From contig JAUZTB010000067.1 in assembly GCA_034780895.1 (NCBI GenBank), positions 3,252,985 to 3,316,984 on the forward strand: a stretch of 64,000 bases of DNA, in the 5' to 3' direction. Origin of the DNA: Rhynchobatus australiae. Its lineage: Eukaryota. Shown piece after piece: positions 24,751 through 37,166 of this stretch; the stretch's first letter is position 1; each line of letters begins with the position of its first letter. The position numbers were made by a program, and so were the translations under genes. The notes under the pieces were generated by a model, which worked only from the letters and a program-made list of their open reading frames with translations, ran no database searches and had not been told where the DNA came from.

Positions 24751-26466
24751 CTAACACTCCAGGGAACGCGCACATGTTGGCGAACTGCACCGACATCAGT
24801 ACAGTGATTGGACTCAGGTAGCAGTGGTGAGGGCTCCAGAAGAATAATAAAGGTGGCAACGATTCCACGTAGTACACGTTACTGGCCATGACGTGATGAT
24901 TCAGACCGAAACACAATATTCTCCGGTATGTCCCACGACTCCAGCTTCTGGAGTCACCCTGCGCGGACATTGATGATGATGGCCGCATTCAAATGCATCT
25001 GGCTGGAACTGTGCTCCACCATTCGAAGTGGAAACGGCGAACCGGGACAACCGCGGTTTTCGACTTTTCAGACTCAATGCTCTTGCAACTTCTCTAATAT
25101 CTTTGATACCTGTTCTCATCTAACGCAAAATGAAACATAAATGGAACCTGATGAAAGCACTGCGCATTTCAGGCATCATCTGTGGAAATAGAAGCAAAGA
25201 TGAAGTTTCAAGTCGAAAACTCTTCGTCGGATTTGGCAAGGAGAAAATAGAAATGCTTGTCTTGTGAAGGTCCGACATCAAATAAGGGAGGGTAGCGTTG
25301 CCATGAACCAAGGTCATATGGTGTTCGGTTAATCGGAGTGCATGCGTGGAGACAACATTGTTCATAAATCTATCAAATGAGGGCAGTTATAGAAAGTAAA
25401 TACAGAGTAATGAGCGTCAACGCTGCGAAATGTAGAGCTGCACACGAGCCCAACAGATTCGTGTGTGCTGATTGAGAGAAAAATCCTGACCCGTTTTCAC
25501 TAATAGACGACCGGCCCATTTTGTTGTCCGTGCACAGAAAGCAAATAGCCCGACGTGTAGGGATCATTAGAGAGTCCGGAAGGATGCAATGGAACAGGAC
25601 GGACGATGAGCTGGGTTTGTTCAATCTGATGCTCGACCTTCATATAAGGTGCAGGAGGGCACAGCCAGGGAGATCTGGATTGGATGGGGATGTTGAATTA
25701 AAGTGGCATGCAACAGCAGGTTCAAGTCTCATATTACTGATTCCTTGTTCGTTGTTGAGAGGCTATTTGACGGTAATGGAAGATCTGCATATAACGGGTT
25801 GTGTCTGTGACTAACACGGTTCATTGTTCAGATGGAGGTGAAGAGACCATTCTCTCTAAAATGCCAGTGAGTCTTTCAAATTCTCTGTCGCACAGATCTG
25901 AGGAGGCAGGAACTGAACATCTTCATGACCGAGAGAGACGGGTTATTGTACTGGAGGTGACCTTAGTGTTACGGGTAGAAGTTCTCAGTGCTCTCACGCC
26001 TCTCATATTTCACAAGGACAGAAATAGGTCATTCAGCTCATTGATTCTGACCACTGTATGAGCAAATGCAATGACCTTATTTCCCCAATGGAAATTAGGC
26101 CCAGATCAGAGCAATAACGAATAGTGCAGCTGGCGCGCAGGGCTGAGTGTCCGTCCCCAATTTCAACATTCAATATTGATCCACCTCCTGCAGCATTGGA
26201 CTCGAGCCACCTCTGGTATTGGGAGACTGGGACCATCTCCAATAACATTATAAGTGTTGGACAGCTGGATAGGTTGGATTTTCTAAACGGCCGTCAGTGA
26301 TCAACAGTCCGCCTTACTAATCGATCAGTATCATTCTTCACACTGTCATGTAAATATGAATCGACANNNNNNNNNNNNNNNNNNNNNNNNNNNNNNNNNN
26401 NNNNNNNNNNNNNNNNNNNNNNNNNNNNNNNNNNNNNNNNNNNNNNNNNNNNNNNNNNNNNNNNNN

Positions 26467-27342
26467 CTTAACGTGCTGATCGTGCCATACGCCTTCTTCA
26501 CCATCCTGTCCTCCTTTCTTGCCATTTTCGGGGAACTCTCTACTTGGTCTCCCAGGTCTCTCTGTTGCATAGCAGTCACCTGTATTAAGCTGTTCACTGT
26601 GTGTGTTTTGAACTGGTTTAACTCCCGAAAATGCATCGTTTCGCAGTTGTCTTATTTAAATTTGATTTGCTATTCCTTTGCCATCTTTCCCATTTGATAT
26701 AGATCCTGTTGTAGACAAGCTTGTACATCGTCCACGACACCACTAATTTTGGTGTAATCTGGAAGTTTACCAATCATGCTACTTTGATTTTTATCCAAAT
26801 CATTAATACAGATGGCAGGTAACAACGGACGGACCCACCACACATTCCTGTGACACACCACTGGCCGCAGGCCTTTAATCTGAAAATCAGCCTTCCACTT
26901 CGTCGCTCAGACGACTTCAATCGAGCCAGGTTTAGTATTCAGTCAGCGGTCTCACACGGTATCCCATGTAAGCTGACGCCACAAATTCTTGTGAAAGGCT
27001 TTGTTATGAAAACAACGTCATCGGCCCTGTTCCTATTGAGCACCTCTTTAAAAACTCAGGTAAATTCAGGAGACATGATTGTCCACGCACACATCCATGC
27101 TGAATGTCCTTGATCAGTATTTTTTTCTAAATGCAGAAACTTTGCCAGCACTAATATTCGGCTCATCGAACTGTAGTTCACTGGTTGTCCTTGCCGCCCT
27201 TTTTAATACCCTCCAGTCTTCAGATACGTCACCCGTGGAGGACAGAAAATTCCCTGACAGCGCGCTAGCAATTTCCTTCCTTGCTTCCCACAACACCTTG
27301 CGATATACTTGGCCAGGCTCGGGGGATTGATCTGTTTTTATG
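26467..27342 (-). mobile_element. CR1 LINE RT fragment, decayed
   Basis: KTDQSPEPGQVY.KVLWEARKEIA; INDLD..IGKLPDYTKISGVVD; DRMVKKAYG. Confidence 0.8.
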
Positions 27343-28939
27343 NNNNNNNNNNNNNNNNNNNNNNNNNNNNNNNNNNNNNNNNNNNNNNNNNNNNNNNNNN
27401 NNNNNNNNNNNNNNNNNNNNNNNNNNNNNNNNNNNNNNNNNNGGCTCAATGTCCGCATGCCAGGTGCTCGACTGCAGCCTGTTGTGTTCACATCAGAACA
27501 GTAGCGCGGGTCAACAGAATGATACAGCACGGAACGAGACAATGTAAGAACAGGACAGATAATCAAACGACTTCGCCTCTACTCACAAAGCTGACCATTG
27601 TTTACTTCCAAATACCTATCCTGATCCATTGATCGCCACAAGCTCAAGCTCACGTGAAAACGCACACCCGCTGTGCGACGCAAAAATCCCCACGTCACTA
27701 TAGCCGATCACCTTCATTCCTTGTCTCCCAATTCCTGACCATTCACCGATGTTCCCTGTTTCCCTGTGTTCTGTCTGCAGTCTTCATCATTTCAATCAAC
27801 TGGCCGGTTAACTCGCATCCTCCTCTGTATGTCATCGTTCATCTCCTTGTATTTGCGGGTCTCCAGGGAACCATGGGAGGGTTCATCAGAACCACTCACG
27901 CCCGAACTTGGTCCAATTCCACAAACAACTTCTGCTCACAACATCCAGGGAAGTAGTAGAACATAGAAAGGTGCGTGAAAACTGCCGCGCCTTCCCCATC
28001 TCACAATAAAGCCAAATACATGGTTGTGGGGGATCAAGATGTTGAGGGAAATCAGGCTTAAAGTGATGAAAGTCTGTTACCATTGGGCACGGGTGCATAG
28101 TCGAACATTACTTTCTTTGGGGTGGGGATCGATTATCAATTAAGTTACATTTCTTCGAGAAAGAAATATATCAAATTGGCCTGGAACAGTCGATGTGGAT
28201 TTAGATTAAATCTAGAAGGAAGAGGGAAGCTGGTTATTTTGCCATTCAGAGTCATCCTGCGAGATTGTAACTCGCGGTCTGAAACGCTGGTGGGGGGGGG
28301 GGTGTGAGAGGTTGGAGAAACCCGTGGTGTTTAAATATCTCTCTTGTTCTTACATTGTCTCGTTCCGTGCTGTACCATGCTGTGAACCCGCGTTCCGTGT
28401 CCTTGAGGGGCCATGACATTCAGGGCCACAGAGGTACTGCTCGAAGCAGGAACGAGTTGGTGGCATTGTCTCGAACGCCGTCAGCGTGAGTGTCTGAATA
28501 GTCTGCTGTTATGTTAATGATCTTTGCTACTGAACCTCTCCGTCTCCCCTTATTTCGGAAGACAAGAACAGCGCCGAACTTGTTTTAACTCGCATCGTGT
28601 TCTCCACGGTTGACCATGGTGCTTACTGGCTCTCCACCAACTAACACCTTGGCAACATTGACGGCGAGGTTTAATACAGATCTCAAAAGCACGAGGAGCC
28701 TAATTCGGAACACATTCTCCCTAATTCAGTCCATCATGCAAAATTTCAAAAATTAAACTGCCTCCAAGATTTTGTTTTCAACATGAGAACATCAGCGCTC
28801 AGCGTAAACGAGCATCTGAGCACCTCAAGAGTTTCTCTGTATTCTGGCACTGAAATTAACTTTGAGCAATTATTACTTCAACATTTTCTGAATAAGTAGT
28901 GTGCCTGTGCGTGAATGTTCGTCCGTAAGTGTTTGTGTG

Positions 28940-29460
28940 TATGATTGGTAATCGGCAGAAACTGCATAATTGTTACATATACGGAGGTATAGTGAAATAC
29001 TTTTGCTTGCATGCTTTCTGGACAGATCATTTCATACACATATGGTAGAATGCATGAAAGAAAAAACAAAATATATTGTAACAATTACAGAGAGAATGCA
29101 CTGCAGATAGACGTATAAAATGCAAAGAACATGAGGAGGGAAATTGAGAGATCAAGAGTTCATCGTTCATGTGTGAGAGGTCCGTTCAAGTTTCTCAGAA
29201 CAGCTGTCTTTCGGATGGTGCTGCGTGTTCTGAAGCGTTCTCTGTCGTATGCCCGATGGCAGGGGAAGAGGAGAGAATTACCAGAGTGGAAGGGCTCCCT
29301 GATTATGTTGCCCACTTTCCCGCGGCAACGAAAAGTGTAGACGGAGTCAATGGAGGGGAGGCTGGTTTGCGTGATGGACTGGGTTGCGTTCACGGTTCTC
29401 TGCAATTTAATGAGGTCTGGGGCAGAGCACTTGACATAGCAAGCTGTAATTCATTGATAA
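28940..29460 (-). mobile_element. Rex1/Babar-type LINE 3' end
   Basis: LQRTVNATQSITQTSLPSIDSVYTFRCRGKVGNIIREPFH; same family as 19040-19750. Confidence 0.8.
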
Positions 29461-29565
29461 GATGTNNNNNNNNNNNNNNNNNNNNNNNNNNNNNNNNNNN
29501 NNNNNNNNNNNNNNNNNNNNNNNNNNNNNNNNNNNNNNNNNNNNNNNNNNNNNNNNNNNNNNNNN

Positions 29566-29914
29566 ACACAGCTCAGCACAGTCACCGTCCCGAGAACAAC
29601 AGTCGCCGTTCTCTCGGTGCAATATTTTGCTCTCAGCGTCTGACAACAGATGGCCACAAACCGATCAAAGGTGAACCCCACGGTGAACCAGACAGAGCTC
29701 ACAGTGGCTGCACACAGCAGGACAAAGTTCATGGAGCACACGGGGGTGATGGTCAGGAATGAAAGTGGCAGATACATTTCACCGATGGCCCTGACTATGA
29801 CGTCAGTGATGACGACCAGGAGGTCGGCCGCTGCCATTCCCACCAGGTAGCGGGTGACACATTTGGAGAGACCGCACTTCCCTCGGGACAGGATCCCAAT
29901 CGCCACCAAGTTCA
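29566..29914 (-). CDS. GPR139-like orphan GPCR, exon 2 (TM1-TM4; runs into a gap)
   Basis: Acceptor TTTTCTCTCTTCCAG|TG (phase 1). Open frame VNLVAIGILSRGKCGLSKCVTRYLVGMAAADLLV..TPVC..SVWFTVGFTFDRFVAICC..KYCTERTA. Confidence 0.88.
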
Positions 29915-30069
29915 CTGGAAGAGAGAAAATGAGAAATAACATCATCCTGAGATCAGCAACAATAACTGCTGAAATAATTCCCGGCTGACACTGAGAATGG
30001 AGTTTTCGGAATAAAACTGGGAATACAATAATTCATCCTGGGGAGCTGAGGACAAACAAACCGTCATCC

Positions 30070-30200
30070 GCCCAACACCAGGGACCCGGGTTCCATCCCC
30101 TCCTCGGATGCTGACTGGGTGGAGTTTCCACCTGCTCCACATGACCGAGTCACTTTCTCTCGGGGCTCCGGTTTCCTGCTGCATCCCAAAGTGTTTCAGT
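30070..30200 (+). mobile_element. Old V-SINE copy
   Basis: B-box-like CCCGGGTTCCATCC and a decayed V-domain (GCTCCGGTTTCCT..CATCCCAAAG). Confidence 0.6.
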
Positions 30201-30419
30201 GTGTTAACAGGCTGCTGTAAATTCCCCCACAGTGCAGGGTGATGGCAGGAGGACCACCCCGGAGGGGGAATAAGCTGCTGCACTGAGGTCATTCAGAAGG
30301 GTCAGTGGTTGATGGGATTCTGCTTTAGGGATAACGTGGAGTCGATGGTGTGAATGGCCTCCTTCTGTGCTGTTATAAGTGACAAACATAGAATGTCGTT
30401 TTTGGAGAACAGACATGGG

Positions 30420-30990
30420 TGGGGGCAAAGAACTAAACGCTCCAAACAGCAAACCAAGTTTGTGGAGCGCAGGAACCGTCACTGAGGCAGTGACTGTGCC
30501 GACAGCTGGTTCCCTGCCCGGTTCCATCTGAAATCCATTCCATGGTTTGAGGAATTTCACAGGACTGTTCACAGGACATTCCCGCTTCCCCGACACATCT
30601 ACGACATCAAACTGCACAGTTCCAAATGGGCTTTCTTCTGGTGCCGCCCAACTGCACTTTCAGCGTCATCAGACCTGAGGGTGACTGCGTGAAGGGCTGG
30701 GCTCAGACAGAGGAAAGGACAGAACATATCCCACTGCTGCGCTTCCTGATGAGATGAACCTGTCGGATATGCTGCAGAGTGAAACGATGGAGAACCTGTG
30801 GCCCAACATTTCGGAACAGTTGAAGACCTTCTCAGAGAGTCTGCTGCCGACTCAGTAAACCACACGTCCGGAACATTCACAATGAAGCTACAATTGCTGA
30901 GAGTGCTGGGGCTGCAGAGGGCTGTGGACAGACTGATGACTGACAGGGCAGAGTGTAATCACAGGGAAGGCTGTGAGAAGGGAACTCACA
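30420..30990. repeat. Diverged direct duplication, copy 1 (copy 2 at 33160-33850)
   Basis: Shared GGGCAAAGAACTAAACGCTCC...CCCGGTTCCATCTGAAATCCATTCCATGGTTTGA...CACAGGGAAGGCTG. Each copy is followed by the same minisatellite. Confidence 0.85.
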
Positions 30991-30999
30991 AAGGGCAGT

Positions 31000-31680
31000 G
31001 AGATAGATCAAGGTTGAAGGTGCAGTGGCGACTGGGCAGGGAGAAGGTGAGAGGGGACGGGGCGTGGTGAAGGTGCAGGGGGAATCGAGGAGTTTGAACA
31101 TGCAGCTGGGACAGGGATGGTTGGAGGAGCAGTGGGGACAAGGCAGGGAAAGATGCAGGGGACATGGCAGGGTGAAGATGCAGTGGGGACTGGGCAGTGT
31201 CAAGGTGCAATGGGGTCCAGGCAGGGTGACAGTGCAGTTGGCACAGGGCAGGTGAATGTGCAGTGGTGACTGGGCTGGGTGAAGTTGCAGTGGGGAACGG
31301 GCCCAATGAAGGACAGAGGGGAGCGGGTAGGATGAGGGTGAAGTGGAGACCGGTCAGTATGAAAGTGCAGCTGGGACAAGGTCAGTTGAAGCAGCAGTCG
31401 GGACAACGCAGGACGATGGTTCAGTGGGACTGCCAGGTGAAGGATGCAGAGGGGACGGCAGGGTGAGGTTGCAGAGCAGCCTGTGAAGTGTGAAGGAGCA
31501 TTGGGAATTGGGACGGTGAAGGTGCAGTGGGGACCGGGCAGGGTGAAGGTGCGGTGGTGGGGGTGTGTTCAGAATGAGAGTTCAGTGGGGGCCATTCAGT
31601 GTGAAGTTATTGGACACACAGGATGTATGTAACGGCCAGTGCAGGGTAACAATGCATTGCCCACAGAATGGGTTAAAGTG
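31000..31680. repeat. G-rich 27-bp minisatellite, decayed block
   Basis: GGGCAGGGTGAAGGTGCAGTGGGGACT-like units. Confidence 0.85.
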
Positions 31681-31899
31681 CAACTCTGCTTGGAAAAGTG
31701 ATCTTTGATTGGGATGGGTACAAAGAATTATACAGACCAGAAACAGGTCTATTAGTGGAAAGATTCCTCGATAAGCATTAACCACCCATTTCCTCAAACG
31801 CTGCAACAATACAACTGTTTATTCACCCGCACATTGTCAACAGCTACCTCCAGATGCAACTGCTCAGCTGCAAACGGGTGGCGATTTGCTGTGGCTTAA

Positions 31900-32040
31900 C
31901 TGTGTGATTTGAAACTGGAGTATCCGGAGGAAGGCCGCGCAGTCAAGGAGACCCTGCAAACTCCACAGAGACAGCACCGCAGGGCGGGATTGAACCCAGG
32001 ATACTGGAGCTTTGAGGCAGCAGCTCTCATGGCTGTGTTA
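31900..32040 (-). mobile_element. Old V-SINE copy
   Basis: The + strand reads GCAAACTCCACA.AGACAGCACC..GGGATTGAACCC, the reverse complement of a B box and the start of the V domain. Confidence 0.6.
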
Positions 32041-33159
32041 CAGTACAGAATGCTGCAGCTGTTGTGGGGAAAGACAGGATAAATGTACAGTGGGGACTGG
32101 ACTGGGTAATTATATGGTGGACAGTCGTTAGGTTAAATGTCTGGTGGGAATACGATTAGTAGAAATCCAACATTCATTAGGCAGGGTAAATATCCGATGT
32201 GGAATGGGCTCCAATTTCTCATTTGGCTTGGGGTTGGTAAATATGCAGTGCAGAATGGAGGGAGCATGAATATGCGATGGGGACTGGGCAAGATGGATGT
32301 CCAGCAGCGAACACCATTTGTCACAGCCCAGTGGACAATTAGGAAAGGGTAACTACATGCGAGGGAATGGGCAGTGTCAACTTCTGCTGGGGATTATGAT
32401 TGAAAAATCTCTGTTGAGCACAATGTCTGATTGGGAACGGGCAGAGAAGATATTCAGTGAAGTTGGACAAGTTAGACTGGAAACAGACAGAGAGAATCTG
32501 CAGACAAACTGACAAAGGTTTCGGCATGAATGGGATGGCCAAAGCTGAGGAGGCAGTGAGAAATTCAGCAATGGGAAGTCTCAGCTGGGACGGGATAATG
32601 AGTAGGATCAATGTGCTGTGAGCATGGAGAAGGGGGTGTGGACATGACTGGGTGAAGGTGGAGTGGGGTCCGGGCAGGGTGAAGGACATCTTCTATCCCA
32701 CTGTGATGAGAGTGTCGAATGGTTCCCTTCAACGATGAGTTGGAGTCTTGTCGTTACAATCCTCCATGTTTTGACCTTGCACGTTATTGTCTCCCTGCAC
32801 TGCACTTCCCTGGGGCTGTGGCACTTTACTCTGTGCTCTGCTATTGCTTTTACCTGCAGGGCACACTGTCCTAACTCAAAATATCTGCACCGTGTAATGA
32901 ATTGATTTGTACAAACTGTATGCAATGCCAGTTTTTCCACTGGAATTCAATACAAGTGACAATAATGAACCAATACCTATCCAGTTGAGAGAATGATTCA
33001 CGTTTCAGTGGAACATAGTGATGGACTCAGACTTCTGGCTCACATACACGTCAGTTCATCCCGGATTCTGCAATTCACCCCCACACAAGGTGTCACTTAC
33101 AGCAGTGAAGTCACCAACGAATTACATTCCTTTGAGGGGTTTGTGAAAATGCTGCACAG

Positions 33160-33850
33160 TTGGGGGCAAAGAACTAAACGCTCCAACAAACCAACCAAGT
33201 TTGTGGAGCACAGGAACCGGGACTGAGGCAATAACTGTGCTGAGAACTGGTTCCCCACCCGGTTCCATCTGAAATCCATTCCATGGTTTGACGAATTTCA
33301 CAAGACTGTTCACAGGACATTAAGACTTCCATGACCCAACTGCAACATCAAACTGCTCAGTTCCAAATGGATTGTTTTTCTGCTCCAGTCCAACTGCCCT
33401 TTCAGTGACCCCTCAAACCCTTCACCACACTGATGAGCTGCTCCTGGGACCAGCACTGGATCAGGACATCAATCCCGGTGCCAGTGCCCGTGCTCGGGAG
33501 ATGAGCGTCAATGCAGCTGATGCCAATTGCGTGAAGGGTGGAGGGTCAGAACAAGGAAAGAACGGAACACATCACACTGCTGCTCTTCATGACGATATAA
33601 AACAGACAGATATACTGAAGAGTAACAAGATTAACAAGCAGCTGCCCCACATTTCTGGACACTTGAATATTTTCTCAGAAGAGAGAACCAGAGTACACTG
33701 CAGACTCTGTAAACCACACGTCTGAAACAACCAGGATGAAACCACAGTTGCTGATGGTTCTGGGCTGCAAAGGACTGTGGAAAGACTGATAACTGACAGG
33801 GGCGAGCACAGTCACAGGGAAGGCTGGGAGAAGGGAAATGACAATTCACA
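33160..33850. repeat. Diverged direct duplication, copy 2
   Basis: Colinear with 30420-30990, with roughly 100 bp extra internally. Confidence 0.85.
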
Positions 33851-33859
33851 GTGTGTCAG

Positions 33860-35913
33860 ATGAACATGTAGTGTGGACCGTGCTGGGAGAAGGTGCAGAG
33901 GGGACCGGGCAGGGTGAAGGTGCAGTGGGGCGGGGCAGGGTGAGGGTGCAGAGTGGAGTGGGCAGGGTGGTGAAGAAGTTTCCATGAAGGGAGACAGTTC
34001 AGTGGGCACCACGCCGTTTGACAGTGCAGTTGGGACCAGTAAGGTTGAAGGTGCAGACTGGACTGGACAGGGTGAAAGTAAAGTGCAGTCTGGGCAGGGT
34101 GAAGTTGCAGTTTGGACATGACAGGGTGAAGATGCTGTGGTGAATGTGGAGGGTGAAGGTGCAGATGGGACCGGGAAGGGGAAAGGTGAAGGAGGGACCG
34201 ATCAGGGGGAATTGCCATGGGAACCAGGCAGGGATGTGCAGCAGGGTCGAGGCAGGTGGTGGTGCAGTGGAGACCAGACCGAGTGAAGGTGCAGTGGCTA
34301 CTTGGCAGGGTGAAGGTGCATTGGTTATCTGGGCAGGATGAAGGTGCAGTGGGTACGGGGCAGGGTGAAGTTGCAGTGGGGACCTGGCAGTGTGAAGGTG
34401 CAGTGGGTTCCATGAAGGCTGATGGTTCAGTGGGCACCGGGCAGTATGACAGTGCAGTTGGGACCAGTAAGGTTGAAGTTGCAGACTGGACTGGACAGGG
34501 TGAAAGTGAAGTGGAGTCTGGGCAGGGTAAAGTTGCAGTTTGGACAAGGTGAAGATGCAGTAGTGAAAGGGCAGGGTGAAGGTGAAGTGGGACTGGGTGG
34601 GGTGTAGGTGCAGGTGGGAAGGAACAGGGTGAAGATGCAGCGTTATGGTGCAGTGGATAATGGGCAGGGTGGTGCATGGAGACCAGGCAGGGAGAAGGTG
34701 CAGTGGGGACTGGGCAGGGTGATAGTGAAGTGGAGTCTGTGCAGCATGGAAGTTGCACTTTGAACAGCACAGGGTGAAGATGCAGTGGTGAACGGGGAGG
34801 GTGAATTTGCACCGGGGACCATGCAAAGGTGCAGCGGGTAACATGTGGGGTGAAAGTTCAGTGTGGACTGAGCAGGGGGAATGGGCAGTGGGGATCAGGC
34901 ATGGTGAAGATGCATTGAGCTTGAGGCAGGGTGAAGGTGCAGTGAGTACCTGGCGGGGTGGTGCAGTGGTGACAGGGCAGGGTGAAGGTGCAGTGGGGCT
35001 GGTTCAGGGTGCAGTGGGGCTGGTTCAGGGTGAAGATGCAGTGGTGACAGTGCAGGGTGAAGGTGCAGTGGGGATAGTGCAGGGTGAAGGTGCAGTGGGG
35101 ACAGTGCGGGGTGAAGGTGCAGTGGGGACAGTGCAGGGTGAAGGTGCAGTGGGGACAGTGCAGGGTGAAGGTGCAGTGGGGAATGCATAGCGTGGTGCAG
35201 TGGTAAAGGGCAGGGTGAATTTGCAGTGGGGACTGGGAAGGGTGAAGGTGCAGTGGGGACCAGGGAGTGTGCGAGTGCAGTGGGGACTGTGCAGAGTGAA
35301 GATGCAGTGGGGCTGGTTCAGGGTGAAGGTTCAGTGGGGCTGGTTCAGGGTGAAGGTGCAGTGGGGACAGTGCAGGGTGAAGCTGCAGTGGGGCTGGTTC
35401 AGGGTGAAGATGCAGTGGGGAATGCATAGCGTGGTGCAGTGGTAAAGGGCAGGGTGAATTTGTAGTGGGGACTGGTAAGGGTGAAGTTGCAGTGGGGACC
35501 AGGCAGTGTGAGAGTGCAGTGGGGTGTGGGCAGGTTGAAGGTGCAGTCGGGACCAAGCAGAGGAAAGGTGCAGTTGGAACCAGGCAGGGTGCAGGTGCAG
35601 TGGGGACAGGTCAGGTGTTCCAGTGGAGTGGACTGGATGAAGCTGCATTGGGGACCAGGCAGGGTGAAGGTGCCATGGGGACTGGACAGAGTGACAGAGC
35701 AGTGGGGACCGGGCATGTTGAAGGTGCGGTGTGGACAGAGTAGGGTGAAGTTGCAGTGGGTTCTGTGCAGGGTGAGGTTTCACAGGATGCATGAAGGTTC
35801 AGTGGGGACTGGGCATGGTGAACGTGCCGTGGGTACCGGGCAGGGTCAAGGTGCATTCAGGACCTGGCAGGTTCCATTCAAGGTGATGGTTCAATGGGCA
35901 CTGGGCAGTTTGA
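33860..35913. repeat. G-rich 27-bp minisatellite array
   Basis: Dozens of (GGGC/GTGC)AGGGTGAAGGTGCAGTGGGGAC units, nearly perfect at 35050-35180; ends at a gap. Confidence 0.95.
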
Positions 35914-36013
35914 NNNNNNNNNNNNNNNNNNNNNNNNNNNNNNNNNNNNNNNNNNNNNNNNNNNNNNNNNNNNNNNNNNNNNNNNNNNNNNNNNNNNNNN
36001 NNNNNNNNNNNNN

Positions 36014-36081
<68 letters not shown>
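36014..36081. repeat. (CA)n microsatellite
   Basis: Perfect CA run adjoining a gap. Confidence 0.99.
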
Positions 36082-36085
<4 letters not shown>

Positions 36086-36254
36086 TATCTTAATGGAACA
36101 CTCACTAATAGTCCTAGTCTGTTACAGCAGTTGCACTCACAGGTAAAGGATGTGTGGTCAGCCCCGATCTCAGAGTGAAGCCGTGTATTGAAGGCAATGT
36201 GTAACGAAATCCATGATTGCATTGTGTCTATTTGCGACTTTTCCCATATCACAG

Positions 36255-37166
36255 CGAACGTGATGTCGATTGTGATCCTGTCCCGGGAGAAATGCGGCCT
36301 CTCCAAATGTGTCTCTCGCTACCTCGTGGCAATGGAAGCGGCAGATTTGTCGGCCGTTGTCTCTGACATGATTCTGCACTGTTAATAATTTATACTTTCC
36401 AACAAGTTTCTTGTTCATAACCCAAGTGTGTTCATTCCAGATGATGTTGAATCCTTTAGTCACTGACATTTCCGTGTGGTTGACACTGGCTTTCACATTT
36501 GATCGACATGTGATGACTTGTTGTCAGGAAATGAGGATGAAATACTGCGCCGAGAAAACTGCAGCCAGGATGATAGCGACAGTGTCTCCACTCTTCTGTT
36601 GTAAAAATATTCCGTGGCACTTTGCATTTGAACCTTTACTTGTAGTGCACAACTTCCCCTGGGGCTGTCATGTTAAGCAAGAAGCATATACTGAACCCGC
36701 AAGGGTGGTATTCACCTGGACTCACCGCTGTCTGACCTCTCCGCTCCCAATGTTCCTGATCACGCTGCTCAATGCTCTGACAGTCGGGCACATTTTAGCT
36801 GCCAGTCGTGTCCGCAAGAGTCTGATCGGCCACAGGTCTGATGCGAATGACAATGACGGCGAGATGGAAAACCGAAGGAAATCCATCATCTTCCTCTTTG
36901 CGATATCCGGCAATTTAGTGTTGCTCTGGATGCCGTATTTGATATTTTTCCAGTGGATGCAAATTACTCCGCGCTATTATTCAACCAGTTACTCTGACCC
37001 GGTGTTTATCGCGGACCAAGCCAGCTGCATGCTCCTGCTTCTGAGCTGCTTCACGAACACCGGTATTTATGCAGTTACTCAGACAAAATTCAGGAAGGAG
37101 CTGAAGAACGGGCTGGAATATCCGCTGAAACTAATATTGAAATATGTTAAGGATGGAAAATGTTGA
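36255..37166 (+). pseudogene. GPR139-like orphan GPCR exon 2, full length but frameshifted after TM2
   Basis: Acceptor CACAG|CG (phase 1). ANVMSIVILSREKCGLSKCVSRYLVAM.AADL, then TAA TAA at about 36383. The remainder is open in another frame: FTFDRH, LLNALTVGHIL, ENRRKSIIFLFAISG, LLWMP, LLSCFTNTGIYAVTQTKFRKELK. Confidence 0.9.

Noticed and set aside
32137-32190. ATG...CAGG|GTAAAT as exon 1 for the receptor at 36255
   Set aside because: The peptide MSGGNTISRNPTFIRQ is not hydrophobic and lacks the Y..IAVIG.P TM1 motif.
33856-36146. Long ORFs (318, 281, 232 and 221 aa) with GEGAVGTVQ / PAPSPC / LHLHPA repeats, resembling antifreeze or mucin proteins
   Set aside because: They are by-products of a 27-bp minisatellite that is open in several frames on both strands.
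36411-37166. 251-aa ORF as an intact GPCR
   Set aside because: It lacks TM1-TM2, which lie in another frame upstream. It is treated as a frameshifted pseudogene, although a sequencing error cannot be excluded.
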